A stretch of 64,000 nt of DNA from an uncultured bacterium (GTDB lineage Bacteria; Babelota; Babeliae; Babelales; Vermiphilaceae). Positions 9,459 through 20,135 of this stretch are shown here, piece after piece. Under the pieces are notes generated by a model. That model saw only the letters and a list, made by a program, of their open reading frames with translations. It did not search any database and was not told the origin of the DNA. The stretch's first letter is position 1; each line of letters begins with the position of its first letter. Made by a program: the position numbers and the translations under genes. The stretch covers positions 1,248,001 to 1,312,000 of the forward strand of contig OY968764.1 of assembly GCA_963695335.1 (NCBI GenBank), in the 5' to 3' direction.

Positions 9459-11723
9459 ATGCGTGACACTTTTAATACCTTCCTCCAAAACAACCTCAAC
9501 CCATCACAACAAAAAGCAGTACTCCATGAAGCAGGACCAGTTTTGGTTATTGCAGGCGCAGGTTCAGGTAAAACACGCGTTATTACCGCACGCATCACTC
9601 ATTTGATTGTAAATAAAAACATCAATCCATCATCAATCATAGCACTCACATTCACCAATAAAGCTGCACATGAAATGCGTGAACGTATTGCATCATTTTT
9701 GGGCAATCAAAGCAATCTCCCTTTTATTGGTACCTTTCACTCGTATTGTGTACAGTTGTTAAAAAGATACCAGGAACATTTACCCAATGAGTTCTTTTCT
9801 ATTTTAGATAGTGATGATCAGCAAAAAATGATTCAAGCTATTTTACAACGTAATGGATTGCAAAAACAGTTCACCGCAAAAAATGTTGCATACCAAATAT
9901 CGCAAATGAAAAATCATACAGCTGATCCAGCACATCCAGCAACGGAACAGCTAACACATCCCATGCTCACTGAAATTTACAACGCGTATGAAACGGAAAA
10001 AAGAGCTTCTAAAGCTCTTGATTTTGATGATTTATTACTCGAAACATTACGCCTATTTAAAAAAAATAACATAGTAAAAAACAGATTTCAGGAAAAAATT
10101 CGTCACATTTTGGTTGATGAGTATCAAGACACCAACATTGTCCAACATGAACTGCTCAAAGCAATGGCAATGACTGATAATGTGCTCGCGGTAGATTCAG
10201 TATGCGCGGTTGGCGATGAAGACCAATCTATCTATTCATGGCGTGGTGCTAATGCAAGTAACATGGCACACTTTAAAAAAGTTTTTCACGATACTACCAC
10301 AATCACCATTGAGCAAAATTATCGCTCCGTACAACAGATATTAACGATTGCAAACCACACCATACAAAACAATAGTGAACGAACTCCAAAAAAGTTGTGG
10401 TCAGAAAAAAAAGGTAACAACCGCGTTTACAAAATGCTCTGCTTATCCGAGTATCAAGAAGCACGTTCTATTGCACAACTATTGCTTGTTGCAAAATCAA
10501 AGTATGGCCTTAACAACATTGGCATATTGTATCGCACACACACACAATCACGGGCGATTGAAGAAGCATTACTTAAAGATTCAATTCCGTACCGCATTAT
10601 CGGCGGTATTCAATTTTATGAACGCAAAGAAATTAAAGATTTACTCGCGTATCTCAAAATTATTGCAAATCCCTTTGATCGCACCTCTTTTTTCCGCATT
10701 ATCAATATTCCCGCACGTGGATTAGGTGATAAATTTGAAGCACTTTTTTATGCACAGTGGGCACAGCAACCATTTGCAACATGGCGTGACATTATCCAAC
10801 AACTGACAGAAAACAACAGCTTAGGAACAACCAAAGCAGCAATCTTACATGTTTTTGCTGAAATGTTTGATGGTATTGAACCAACAACAGCACCAAGCAA
10901 AGCAGTTGAACAGATTATTTTTCATACAAAATATTTAACATATATCAAAAACAACGAAGAACCAGCTGAAGCCCAGATACGTCTTGATAACATTAAAGAG
11001 CTTTTAGATGCGCTTGATCATTTTGAAAAAAATGGCACAAAAACAATCACTGCCTTTCTTGATGAAGTTGCACTCATGCAAGATCAAATGAATAAACAAA
11101 ATAGAGACAAACATGCAGTTTCTTTAATGACACTCCATGCTGCAAAAGGTTTAGAATTTGATTTGGTTATTTTACCAGGAATAGAAGAAAGCATTATTCC
11201 CACAACACGCTCACTCATGTCCAACAATGCGCTTGAAGAAGAACGACGTCTTTTTTACGTTGGCATCACTCGCGCACGTGAACACTTAATGATCTCTTAC
11301 GTAAAACACCGCTATTCATATGGCCAAATGGTTGACCAATTCCCTTCACGTTTTTTACGTGAAATACCTAACAATTTATTACCACTCGAAGATTGTTCAT
11401 ACTGGAATGCAACACAATCACATCAATTCTTTTCTGATTGGCTAGGGGTGCAAGGTAAAATTTCTGATGTTTATATCCCTCACACGTATACTGCAGCTAC
11501 GCAAAAACCAACTCCAGTCAAAAAACAACAATCGACTGAAAACCATAAAACTTCAGCTGTTTCTAACTCAACCTGGAAAAAAAACCAACCCGTCAAACAT
11601 GCAAAATATGGAATTGGTACCATTCAAGATGTTGAAGAAAAAACAAATGGCGACATACATTTATCAATTCAATTTAAGATTGGTTTAAAGAAAATTGTTG
11701 CGCAATTTGTGCAAAAAATATAA
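9459..11723 (+). CDS. pcrA: ATP-dependent DNA helicase UvrD/PcrA
   Basis: AGAGSGKT, TFTNKAA, VDEYQD, GDEDQSIY, MTLHAAKGLEF and EEERRLFYV motifs. Start moved to ATG 9459 because the upstream extension lies in the REP. Confidence 0.95.
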   Translation: MRDTFNTFLQNNLNPSQQKAVLHEAGPVLVIAGAGSGKTRVITARITHLIVNKNINPSSIIALTFTNKAAHEMRERIASFLGNQSNLPFIGTFHSYCVQLLKRYQEHLPNEFFSILDSDDQQKMIQAILQRNGLQKQFTAKNVAYQISQMKNHTADPAHPATEQLTHPMLTEIYNAYETEKRASKALDFDDLLLETLRLFKKNNIVKNRFQEKIRHILVDEYQDTNIVQHELLKAMAMTDNVLAVDSVCAVGDEDQSIYSWRGANASNMAHFKKVFHDTTTITIEQNYRSVQQILTIANHTIQNNSERTPKKLWSEKKGNNRVYKMLCLSEYQEARSIAQLLLVAKSKYGLNNIGILYRTHTQSRAIEEALLKDSIPYRIIGGIQFYERKEIKDLLAYLKIIANPFDRTSFFRIINIPARGLGDKFEALFYAQWAQQPFATWRDIIQQLTENNSLGTTKAAILHVFAEMFDGIEPTTAPSKAVEQIIFHTKYLTYIKNNEEPAEAQIRLDNIKELLDALDHFEKNGTKTITAFLDEVALMQDQMNKQNRDKHAVSLMTLHAAKGLEFDLVILPGIEESIIPTTRSLMSNNALEEERRLFYVGITRAREHLMISYVKHRYSYGQMVDQFPSRFLREIPNNLLPLEDCSYWNATQSHQFFSDWLGVQGKISDVYIPHTYTAATQKPTPVKKQQSTENHKTSAVSNSTWKKNQPVKHAKYGIGTIQDVEEKTNGDIHLSIQFKIGLKKIVAQFVQKI

Positions 11724-11733
11724 CACTTACAAC

Positions 11734-12489
11734 ATGAATAAACCAACATTATACCTTGATGTTTGTACCGAATTTTTTGATTTGGATAAGCCAGTAGCGT
11801 CACTGGAAGAATATGCTTTTTTTTATGATTATCTTTCACAAGCACAAGGCCCCATTTTAGAGCCAATGTGCGGCACGGGAAGATATCTCATTCCATACCT
11901 AGAAGAAGGTTTTAATATAGAAGGTTTTGATGCTTCGCCATTTATGCTCAAAGCATTGCACGATAAATGCGCACAAAAAAGTTTAAATCCACACGTATGG
12001 GAACAGTTCTTAGAAGATGTACCGACTACCAAACAATACAATCTTATTTTTATTCCTGACAGCTCTTTTTCTTTGTTTGTAGATTACAAACAAATTAAAA
12101 TGTGCTTACAAAAAATATATGAACTTCTGGAAAATGGCGGCACATTTGTTTTTGATGTTGAAACAGTATACGCAATACCCAATAAAGTTGGTGTATGGCA
12201 AGGAAAAGCGTACAAAAAAACTGACGGCAAAGTTGTTATGTGCAGCACACTGCCACTACCAATAGAAAACAATATTGCAACAGTTATGTGCCGCTACGAA
12301 CTGATTGATAAAACAGAGATCATCAAAACAGAAATGGAATACTTTCAGATTAAACTCTATGATCCACATGAAATGGATGCATTACTCAAAGAAGTTGGGT
12401 TTTCTCACATAAAAAAAGTTGCTGCGTATGATCACACAGCAACCCCATCAACATACGACTACACAATTGTATATGAATGCATAAAATAA
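11734..12489 (+). CDS. Class I SAM-dependent methyltransferase
   Basis: ILEPMCGTGR, GFDAS and LENGGTFVFD motifs. Confidence 0.9.
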   Translation: MNKPTLYLDVCTEFFDLDKPVASLEEYAFFYDYLSQAQGPILEPMCGTGRYLIPYLEEGFNIEGFDASPFMLKALHDKCAQKSLNPHVWEQFLEDVPTTKQYNLIFIPDSSFSLFVDYKQIKMCLQKIYELLENGGTFVFDVETVYAIPNKVGVWQGKAYKKTDGKVVMCSTLPLPIENNIATVMCRYELIDKTEIIKTEMEYFQIKLYDPHEMDALLKEVGFSHIKKVAAYDHTATPSTYDYTIVYECIK

Positions 12490-12504
12490 AGTATATAACT
12501 TATT

Positions 12505-13479
12505 TTATTTCTCTTCATACTTCTTTTTTATTGCTTGCTCAAGAAGATTAATAATCGCATCTTTATCCTCAAATATATTCCAACTTGTTTTTTTGATATA
12601 TGCAAGAGGTGTAACCCCATTAAAATTAGTAAGTTCAGGGTCTGCCCCTGCATCAAGAAGAGAATTTATAACATCTGTATCATCACCGACTACTACAAGA
12701 GCATGCATTAAAGCAGTATTGCCATTAAAATCTTGCTGATTTATATTAAACTTTTTATGAGCAGTAATTAATTTTTGAAAGTCTGAATGTAAATCATACG
12801 AACATCCCGATTCTGCCGCTACCATAAGTGGTGTTATACCTTCATTATTTGCAAAATTTATATCTGCACCCAAACTAACAAGAAAATCAAAAAGAGGTAT
12901 ATCAAACCCCTTTGCAGCATACATTAAAACAGTTTTACCAGACTTATAAATAAAATTTATATCCGCTCCCTCTTTGCATAACTGTTGTATTTTGTCCTTA
13001 TATTTATTCCACTTATCATCACAAACATATGAATACAATTTTTTTTGCAAACCAAATTGTCGCTGCACTTCTTTTGTTGCTACTGCCTTTGCTGCTTCTT
13101 CATCAGACGTTTTAAATTTCTTGGCGAGAAATCTTACAAGATCAAAACAAAACTGTGATTGATTCATTAAACCATTCAAATCTTTATTTGTTCTTGCAAG
13201 AGCATTAATTGCTTTTCCTGCTTCTTTTAAAGATTCAGCATTACTATACTGACTTAATAAACTAATAATGTGGTGTTGAATTTCTAAAGGTAATTCAACA
13301 AAATTAAAAGAAGTAGAAGATTCTGATTTAATATATAAAAAAAATTGATCAACAGAACCAAGGATAGAATTTTTTAATACATTCATCCAATCGGATGATT
13401 CAGGTTCCATACCATGGATAGTAAACAGACTTGTCATCAACATAACTACACTTAATAATGTCCTTTTCACCATCTTCAT
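12505..13479 (-). CDS. Secreted F-box-like/ankyrin repeat protein
   Basis: Signal peptide IHG|MEP; FVELPLEIQHHIISLL; GKTVLMYAA, GITPLMVAA and GNTALMHAL repeats. Confidence 0.85.
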   Translation of the reverse strand: MKMVKRTLLSVVMLMTSLFTIHGMEPESSDWMNVLKNSILGSVDQFFLYIKSESSTSFNFVELPLEIQHHIISLLSQYSNAESLKEAGKAINALARTNKDLNGLMNQSQFCFDLVRFLAKKFKTSDEEAAKAVATKEVQRQFGLQKKLYSYVCDDKWNKYKDKIQQLCKEGADINFIYKSGKTVLMYAAKGFDIPLFDFLVSLGADINFANNEGITPLMVAAESGCSYDLHSDFQKLITAHKKFNINQQDFNGNTALMHALVVVGDDTDVINSLLDAGADPELTNFNGVTPLAYIKKTSWNIFEDKDAIINLLEQAIKKKYEEK

Positions 13480-13564
13480 TTGATATCCTTACTTTATACA
13501 TTTATAGTTAATACTACGATAACAGTAGCAGATCAGATTTCAAATTGTCAATAACTTAAAATAG

Positions 13565-15073
13565 ATGGTGATCATAACAATGTATCGAAACCTAAAATCT
13601 CTCATGTTTTTGTTCCTATTAATTGATCCCATTTTATCTGCATGCGAATATCATCATCTGGAAAATAATATTCCTGAGACAAAAGTTCATTTTACTGAGC
13701 CAAAAACAAAATCATCACAACAACAACTATTTCCATCTACTTCTCGAAATAGACAGTTATGTCACTTAATAAGAAACAACCTCATTCAACACACATCGCC
13801 TACTTATAATCAAAATTTTTCATTTCTTAACAACGGTTCTTCACTATCTTACGTACACAATGGCTTCAAGCATCAACGCCACAATGCAATCGAACAATTC
13901 ACACATAATAACCCAGATATATATACAATTTATTGCCAAAATTACTTTCTTCCAGAACTATCAAAACAATACCTTATCGCTCATAACATAGATATTGAAC
14001 TATTTACATTATGCGAAGGCAATATACTCCAACACATTATTCATCAAGAATTTATTGTATTAACCGATACAACAGCCCATCTCTGGAATGAGAGAAAAAA
14101 TTCAGCCGATATCAAAGAGCTAACTTCTGTAATTGCAGATTTTGCAAGCGCCGGCGTTGCTTTTAATCACATTGGAGAAATACAAAAAGCAATAACCTTA
14201 GCCGATGCCGGATGGACAATCCTTGATTGTATGCAAGCTGCAAGCGAAGGATTTATAGAAGGAATAACATCAGTTACCCATACGGTATTACATCCTATTG
14301 AAGCAGCACAAAATCTTACCCAAACAATAACTACCTGTGGGTATTACTTAAGCATAGCCTTCAATGAAATCAATACTGTTGCAAATGCCCTTGGAGATGG
14401 AAAATTTGATGTAGCTTACAATAGATACAATATATGGAGTGAACACTGTAAAAATATTTCTCAAGCATTAAGTGAACAATGTAAAGATTTAAAATTACGC
14501 GATGTTGTTAAAGCCTTAACCCAAACAGCCGTGGAATGCTACGCAACAACGCGAGCTCTCAACGGTTTTAATACATTTTTTAAGCATGCTCATCATAATG
14601 CTGCACAAATTACTCAAAAAATAAGTAATGGTGCACAAGAAAGCACCTTATTAATGTCTACTGAAGGCATCCCTATACGAGTTGCACAAGAAGTTATCAC
14701 ACAAGCAAAAAAATTACCTCGATCAAATGATAAACTATTGCAACTGCTTTCAAAATTTGAATCTCAAAAAATAAAGGTTGGAAATATCACCTGTGTCCTT
14801 GATAAAAAAGGCTTAAAGCACATTCTTGAAAGACACCACCCATTATATTGGAACGGTACAACAAAAGGTATTCAAACCTTTTTACACGAAAAAACAACAA
14901 TTCAAGATATTGTGCATATTATCAAACAGGTGATAAAACAAAATAGAAAAATAATTGTACAAAATAAAATTATAGATGGGCAAATAGATGGCGTTATTAA
15001 AAATATTGTCTACAGAGTTGGATTTAAACAAGGAAGAGTAGGCCAATTTTATACCCCACTTAATCTATTATAA
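13565..15073 (+). CDS. Putative polymorphic toxin (N-terminal signal, C-terminal HIxxRH RNase-like domain)
   Basis: Hydrophobic N-terminus; basic C-terminal ~100 aa LKHILERHHP...GRVGQFYTP; tightly followed by a small acidic/aromatic ORF. Confidence 0.6.
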   Translation: MVIITMYRNLKSLMFLFLLIDPILSACEYHHLENNIPETKVHFTEPKTKSSQQQLFPSTSRNRQLCHLIRNNLIQHTSPTYNQNFSFLNNGSSLSYVHNGFKHQRHNAIEQFTHNNPDIYTIYCQNYFLPELSKQYLIAHNIDIELFTLCEGNILQHIIHQEFIVLTDTTAHLWNERKNSADIKELTSVIADFASAGVAFNHIGEIQKAITLADAGWTILDCMQAASEGFIEGITSVTHTVLHPIEAAQNLTQTITTCGYYLSIAFNEINTVANALGDGKFDVAYNRYNIWSEHCKNISQALSEQCKDLKLRDVVKALTQTAVECYATTRALNGFNTFFKHAHHNAAQITQKISNGAQESTLLMSTEGIPIRVAQEVITQAKKLPRSNDKLLQLLSKFESQKIKVGNITCVLDKKGLKHILERHHPLYWNGTTKGIQTFLHEKTTIQDIVHIIKQVIKQNRKIIVQNKIIDGQIDGVIKNIVYRVGFKQGRVGQFYTPLNLL

Positions 15074-15089
15074 AGGCGAAAGATTAGAT

Positions 15090-15626
15090 ATGTTCATAAT
15101 CAAATCATACATCCATTACCCAAACAGGCCAATTTACGACTTAAAAAAAGTCGAAGAGAATCCCTTATATTATTTTATCGATATCAATAACGCAAAAGAA
15201 ATTTTACGAATAAAAAATGATTTAGATTTGGATTATATAGAAGGTGTTTTACATTTGTCTTATAACAACAAAACCATTATTCCTTTTACCTACTATGATT
15301 TAATCGATCAATTGTGGGCATATTTTTTAAATATGATAGAGGAATTTTTACAAAAAAATTTTTCAGAAATTTCTTTTCCCGATCAACCACTACCAATGTC
15401 AATGAGTAATATATCTGACGACTACATACTTTTTTCGATTAACTTCGTTCAATGGAAATTACCTAAATATGAATTTTTCAATGCTTTATTAATGGGAGCA
15501 AAGGATTTTTTTGAAAAAATGATCTTATTAATTGAAGAAGAAAAAAAATATTCTATATATCAATTAAATAAAATAAAAAAATTAGAACTCAAAATTACCA
15601 GTTTAAAAAAGCAAACCTATCCCTAA
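15090..15626 (+). CDS. Putative immunity protein
   Basis: 16 nt after the toxin-like ORF; DLIDQLWAY and FPDQP motifs; very AT-rich. Confidence 0.55.
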   Translation: MFIIKSYIHYPNRPIYDLKKVEENPLYYFIDINNAKEILRIKNDLDLDYIEGVLHLSYNNKTIIPFTYYDLIDQLWAYFLNMIEEFLQKNFSEISFPDQPLPMSMSNISDDYILFSINFVQWKLPKYEFFNALLMGAKDFFEKMILLIEEEKKYSIYQLNKIKKLELKITSLKKQTYP

Positions 15627-16549
15627 AATACATGATTTTTTATATACTTCTGCAAAAAATCAACCACATATGTTGTTATCATCTCTTGCGCATGCGCACC
15701 ATCCATAAGCCATGATTGTATTATTGAATCTGGAGTAAATGCGTAATCAGAAAATGTATCGTGCACAATACCGTCAATAATTACTGTTTCCGCTTGAGGT
15801 GATAATACAATAAAAGCATTCAAGGCTGGAAGCCACATCTTATTAAAATACCATCTCCAAAAAAATGAAGAATGATTAGGAACTTTACCCAATGAGGTAA
15901 TCTGTCCTGGTACAACAGATGTACCAATAATACACATCACCGGCTTATTAAAGGGAATATGGCAACCAGTACCACACAATGGGCCATCAAGACTAACGGC
16001 TGCTAAAACACAATTCTCTTTACGACACATTTGTAATGCTGTTGATCCACCTAAAGAATGCCCAACAATACCAACACGTGATACATTAATGCTATTATAT
16101 AATGGATCACCCTCACATGAATTATAACGTACACATTCATTAAGTGCGCATATCATATCTGCAACCCACATGTCAGTTTCAATATCAAACATATGTTTTT
16201 CTTTAAAAAAATGAACATTCCGAGAGGGAAAAAGATATGGTGATTGTGTACCATCAAGAAATTGAACTGGTTTACATCCATACGTATGGGAAACACTTGC
16301 CACAACATAACCATGTGATGCAATATTCTTGCATAATGCTTTGTACGTCATACCATTATATGTTCCACCAAGCCCATGTGAAAAAAGAATTAACGGATAT
16401 TGTTGTTTTTGTTCAGCACGTGGAATCCAAACATGCATCATGCATTGCCGATATGAGAGACTAACAGAATGTGGATACACCTCTTGACGGGATGTATCCA
16501 CAATACAATATTCAACAAAATTAACGGGAATTTTAGTTGCTGAGCGCAA
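15623..16549 (-). CDS. Alpha/beta hydrolase (PAF-acetylhydrolase/chlorophyllase-like); start uncertain
   Basis: LILFSHGLGG, GHSLGG nucleophile elbow, SLDG, HDTFSD. Confidence 0.85.
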   Translation of the reverse strand: MRSATKIPVNFVEYCIVDTSRQEVYPHSVSLSYRQCMMHVWIPRAEQKQQYPLILFSHGLGGTYNGMTYKALCKNIASHGYVVASVSHTYGCKPVQFLDGTQSPYLFPSRNVHFFKEKHMFDIETDMWVADMICALNECVRYNSCEGDPLYNSINVSRVGIVGHSLGGSTALQMCRKENCVLAAVSLDGPLCGTGCHIPFNKPVMCIIGTSVVPGQITSLGKVPNHSSFFWRWYFNKMWLPALNAFIVLSPQAETVIIDGIVHDTFSDYAFTPDSIIQSWLMDGAHAQEMITTYVVDFLQKYIKNHVF

Positions 16550-16573
16550 CTATAAAAACAAAAAAAAAGAATA

Positions 16574-17050
16574 CTAAATTTTACTCTCTTCAATTTCTTT
16601 CCATGCAGCATCTTTACCCACAAAGCCTTTTACCTTGGTCCACTTGCCTGGCTCAGTATCTTTATACTGTTCAAAAAAGTGCTTAATTAACTTCAGTTTT
16701 GCTTCGCTGACATCAGACACATCTTGAACGTTAGAAAAAAAGGGATCAACTTTTACAGAAGGTACCGCAATAATCTTATTATCAATACCTGATTCATCTT
16801 CCATTTCAAGCATACCAATAACACGTGATGGTAATACCGCACCTGCTTGAACGGGATGTGTAGAAATAACCACCACATCAACAGCATCACCATCTTTTGA
16901 TAAGGTGTTAGGCAAATATCCATAATTAAACGGATAACCCATAGCAGTGTGAATAAAACGATCAACAGCTAATATGCCAGTCTCTTTATCCACTTCATAT
17001 TTAACCATTGAACTTTTAGGAATTTCTATCAAAACGTTAATTTCTTGCAT
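16574..17050 (-). CDS. ppa: Inorganic pyrophosphatase (family I)
   Basis: IEIP, KYE, YPFNYGY, DGDAVDV, MEDESGIDNKI, HFFEQYK. Confidence 0.97.
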   Translation of the reverse strand: MQEINVLIEIPKSSMVKYEVDKETGILAVDRFIHTAMGYPFNYGYLPNTLSKDGDAVDVVVISTHPVQAGAVLPSRVIGMLEMEDESGIDNKIIAVPSVKVDPFFSNVQDVSDVSEAKLKLIKHFFEQYKDTEPGKWTKVKGFVGKDAAWKEIEESKI

Positions 17051-17126
17051 GTATGTAACCCCCAATCCCTACTTCGCTTTAAAAAGCTTCGAAGGGTAAA
17101 ATAAAATAATTACTAAAATAATTATA

Positions 17127-18314
17127 TCAAAATTTTAGCAAAAGCACCATAGCTACAAAACTCAATACAGCCGCATACAGCAACCCTGCCCCAGGAGCAA
17201 TAGTAGACCACAAAGCACCCACAATAATGCTGGAAAGCAAATCCCCAATCCCATCAACAGATTGTAATATTCCCATTCCCGTCCCACGCACGGATTCAGG
17301 TAAAATATAAGCTGCATGAGCTTTTTCCAATGCTTTGACTGTTCCTGCACTAAACCCTGCACACCCAAAAAATAATAGCCAAAACCATATTGAAATGGTA
17401 TTGACCATAAATCCAAGCGCTGTAATACCAAAAAACCCAAAGCCAAAAAGTGCTAACAACTTTTTCCGATCAACATAATCACTCAAAGTTCCCATGCCAA
17501 ATTCACCACATGCGCGAATAATATTAAAAAAAGCATACAACAAAACCCCTTGCGCTGTTGCAACCATAAACGAATGCCCCTGTCCAAAGAGATCTTGAAC
17601 ACGATAAATCAATAATACGATATTAAAATTCCCAACGCCAAATAAAAACATTATCCATAAAAAATATATAAATTCTGATGGGAGAGCTTTCATTTGTTCT
17701 TTAAAAGAAACTACAAGCAGAGCACCTGGTTCTGTTTCTGCTTTGTCTTCTTTTGTTAAAATAATAATAGAAAGTGCTGCAAAAATAGCTGGTATACCTG
17801 ACAAGAAAAAAATTGATGAAAGCGTATAATTCCTCTGCAATAATACAAATACGGTTAATGGACCAATCAATGCACCCAATGTATCCCATGCACGCTGCAA
17901 ACCAAAAGCACGTCCATAAAATGCTGGTGGAACAATTTTAGCAATCCATGTATCGCGCATTGGTTCTCTAATGCCCTTTGTAAGCCATGCACCTACTTTA
18001 TATATAAAAACCATTATTACTGAGTGCGTTGTTCCAATTAATGCAAGAAAAATGCCTACAAAAGCATACCCAACAATTAAAAACGGTTTATAATAAGGAA
18101 CTCTATCAGCAAGCCATCCTGATAACAATTTTGTTACCGTTGCAGCTGCATCAGCAACTCCCTGAATTAATCCAAGTGCAATTGGTACATACATTGGACC
18201 AACCAATTGTGCAACAAACATTGGTAAAATTCCTGTTGTCATTTCATGGCACCAGTCACCAAAAAAACTGGCTGAACAAAAACCAATCATATTTCTATTC
18301 AGCCAGCTTTTCAT
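17127..18314 (-). CDS. MFS transporter
   Basis: About 12 hydrophobic segments; GWLADR and GTLSDYVDRK motif A; GRAFGLQRAWDTLGA. Confidence 0.9.
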   Translation of the reverse strand: MKSWLNRNMIGFCSASFFGDWCHEMTTGILPMFVAQLVGPMYVPIALGLIQGVADAAATVTKLLSGWLADRVPYYKPFLIVGYAFVGIFLALIGTTHSVIMVFIYKVGAWLTKGIREPMRDTWIAKIVPPAFYGRAFGLQRAWDTLGALIGPLTVFVLLQRNYTLSSIFFLSGIPAIFAALSIIILTKEDKAETEPGALLVVSFKEQMKALPSEFIYFLWIMFLFGVGNFNIVLLIYRVQDLFGQGHSFMVATAQGVLLYAFFNIIRACGEFGMGTLSDYVDRKKLLALFGFGFFGITALGFMVNTISIWFWLLFFGCAGFSAGTVKALEKAHAAYILPESVRGTGMGILQSVDGIGDLLSSIIVGALWSTIAPGAGLLYAAVLSFVAMVLLLKF

Positions 18315-18339
18315 ATATTTTCCTTAATGTTTATGGTAT

Positions 18340-20031
18340 CTATATCTTTTCAGCTTTTACCAACAGCTTCTTACCAAAAAATGCAATGGAATAAACAATA
18401 ACATTGTTAACTGATTGCGCATGCAACTCTTGTATGTAATTATTGTCTTTAACTTGTTCCAATCCTTGAGATACTGCCTTTTCAAAATCATGCTGACTAT
18501 CAGAATCAGCTTTTTTACATTCAATAATAATACCCATCAATGCCTTATCTTTTGGAATCAACATAAGATCATAACGACCATCGCCGCTCTCACGATTTGA
18601 CCGTACATGATAAGCATCACTTAAAAAAAGTAACATTCCTAAAATAAAAAGATGATAACTTTTTTCAGGTTCATCATAAGAAAAATCATAATAACTCATA
18701 CTATTAGCTACAAACTCTTGTAACGATTTTGAAAAACGTTCAACATCACCATTTTTTAATGCATTGAGCATTGAGGTAATTGATGTAATTTTCAGAGAGT
18801 CGATAAAAATAGCCTTCAAAAGATCATAATATAAGCCTTCTATCTCATTATTTGGTATAACCAATAAGCATAAATATTTTCCTTGCTTGGTTAGTGTGCG
18901 TTCTGCATACGTAATGTAACCAGTAAATAAAAGTAAGTTCCATAAGAAATCAGGATCACGATCAGCATCAGAAAAAGAAAAGGCTTCATTGATCTGTTTA
19001 ATTAAAGGTTTTTTGGTAAGTAATTGCTCAAGCTCTTTTTTAGTATCTTCATGAGATTGGGCGATACATTTTTTGATAAGAAGATTGTCACTTGTATTCA
19101 CCCAATATGCTTGCAACACTCCTTTATTGCGTGCACACTCTAATATTGACCATGGATTATAAAGTAAAACATCTTTGCCTGCATGATAACCATTATACCA
19201 ATCTTTAATGACCTCTGAAGAAACTGCGACATCCTGATTTTTTAATAGATCATCAACTTCACAAGAAACAAAACCAAATTTATCAGCGAATGCATCGTGT
19301 AATAATGTACAAACATTCAAATTATTCAGCCCAGAAAAAATACCTTCTTTGGCGGTACGTAAAATTCCAGTTAACACAGCACGCCAAAGGTGTTTATTAT
19401 CTTTAAACCCCGCAGATAAAAAACCTCTCATAAAATCAATCATTTCATCATAATAGCCATAATTATAAGAAGCATGAATTGGCGTATCATACTCATCAAT
19501 AAGTAAAACAACACGCTTCTTTGTAATAGTTTCTAATAGCATACTGAGAAACAATAAACTTTGATTAAGATCAGTATAAGAACTATTTCCCTCAGCAAGC
19601 GCTTGAAATATGGTAAAATCATCCCGATCAATCACATGAGCATTCGCCTCTATAAAAACGCGGTGCCGTTTATACTCTCTTGCAATCAATGTTACTATTT
19701 TATCATACGCTGCTTGCCACGTTTTTTCTTTGATATCTTTAAATGTCAAAAAAATAACAGGGTATTGTCCTTGCAATGAACGGCATGTTTCATCCTGCCA
19801 AATAGCTTTATCACTGAATAAATGTGCATTACTTTCATCCGTTTTTTCAAAAAAGTAATGCAGCATAGATAAATTAAGTGTTTTTCCAAATCTTCGTGGA
19901 CGACAAATCAATGCAACACCACCACCAACCTGCAACAACTCTTGAATGAAAAGCGTTTTATCAACGTAATAATATCCATCTTCAATAAGAGTCTTATAGT
20001 CACTAATACCGATTGGCAATGGTCTTTTCAT
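18340..20031 (-). CDS. AAA-ATPase-like protein with C-terminal PD-(D/E)XK nuclease
   Basis: LPIGISDY, YYVDKT, RPRRFGKT, LIDEYD, WYNGY, YNPWS, SNRESGDGRYD...IIECK. Confidence 0.92.
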   Translation of the reverse strand: MKRPLPIGISDYKTLIEDGYYYVDKTLFIQELLQVGGGVALICRPRRFGKTLNLSMLHYFFEKTDESNAHLFSDKAIWQDETCRSLQGQYPVIFLTFKDIKEKTWQAAYDKIVTLIAREYKRHRVFIEANAHVIDRDDFTIFQALAEGNSSYTDLNQSLLFLSMLLETITKKRVVLLIDEYDTPIHASYNYGYYDEMIDFMRGFLSAGFKDNKHLWRAVLTGILRTAKEGIFSGLNNLNVCTLLHDAFADKFGFVSCEVDDLLKNQDVAVSSEVIKDWYNGYHAGKDVLLYNPWSILECARNKGVLQAYWVNTSDNLLIKKCIAQSHEDTKKELEQLLTKKPLIKQINEAFSFSDADRDPDFLWNLLLFTGYITYAERTLTKQGKYLCLLVIPNNEIEGLYYDLLKAIFIDSLKITSITSMLNALKNGDVERFSKSLQEFVANSMSYYDFSYDEPEKSYHLFILGMLLFLSDAYHVRSNRESGDGRYDLMLIPKDKALMGIIIECKKADSDSQHDFEKAVSQGLEQVKDNNYIQELHAQSVNNVIVYSIAFFGKKLLVKAEKI

Positions 20032-20135
20032 TATTTTTCCTGCGCTCATTCCTGAGTGCCTGTCAAAGTATAATTTATTATCTTTTTGTACACAATTTTA
20101 TTACACAAAATCAAGCATTCGCTTTATTTTATTAC

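Noticed and set aside
17066..17098. Hairpin CCTACTTCG...CTTCGAAGGG upstream of ppa
   Set aside because: Short and degenerate; cannot tell a repeat remnant from a terminator.
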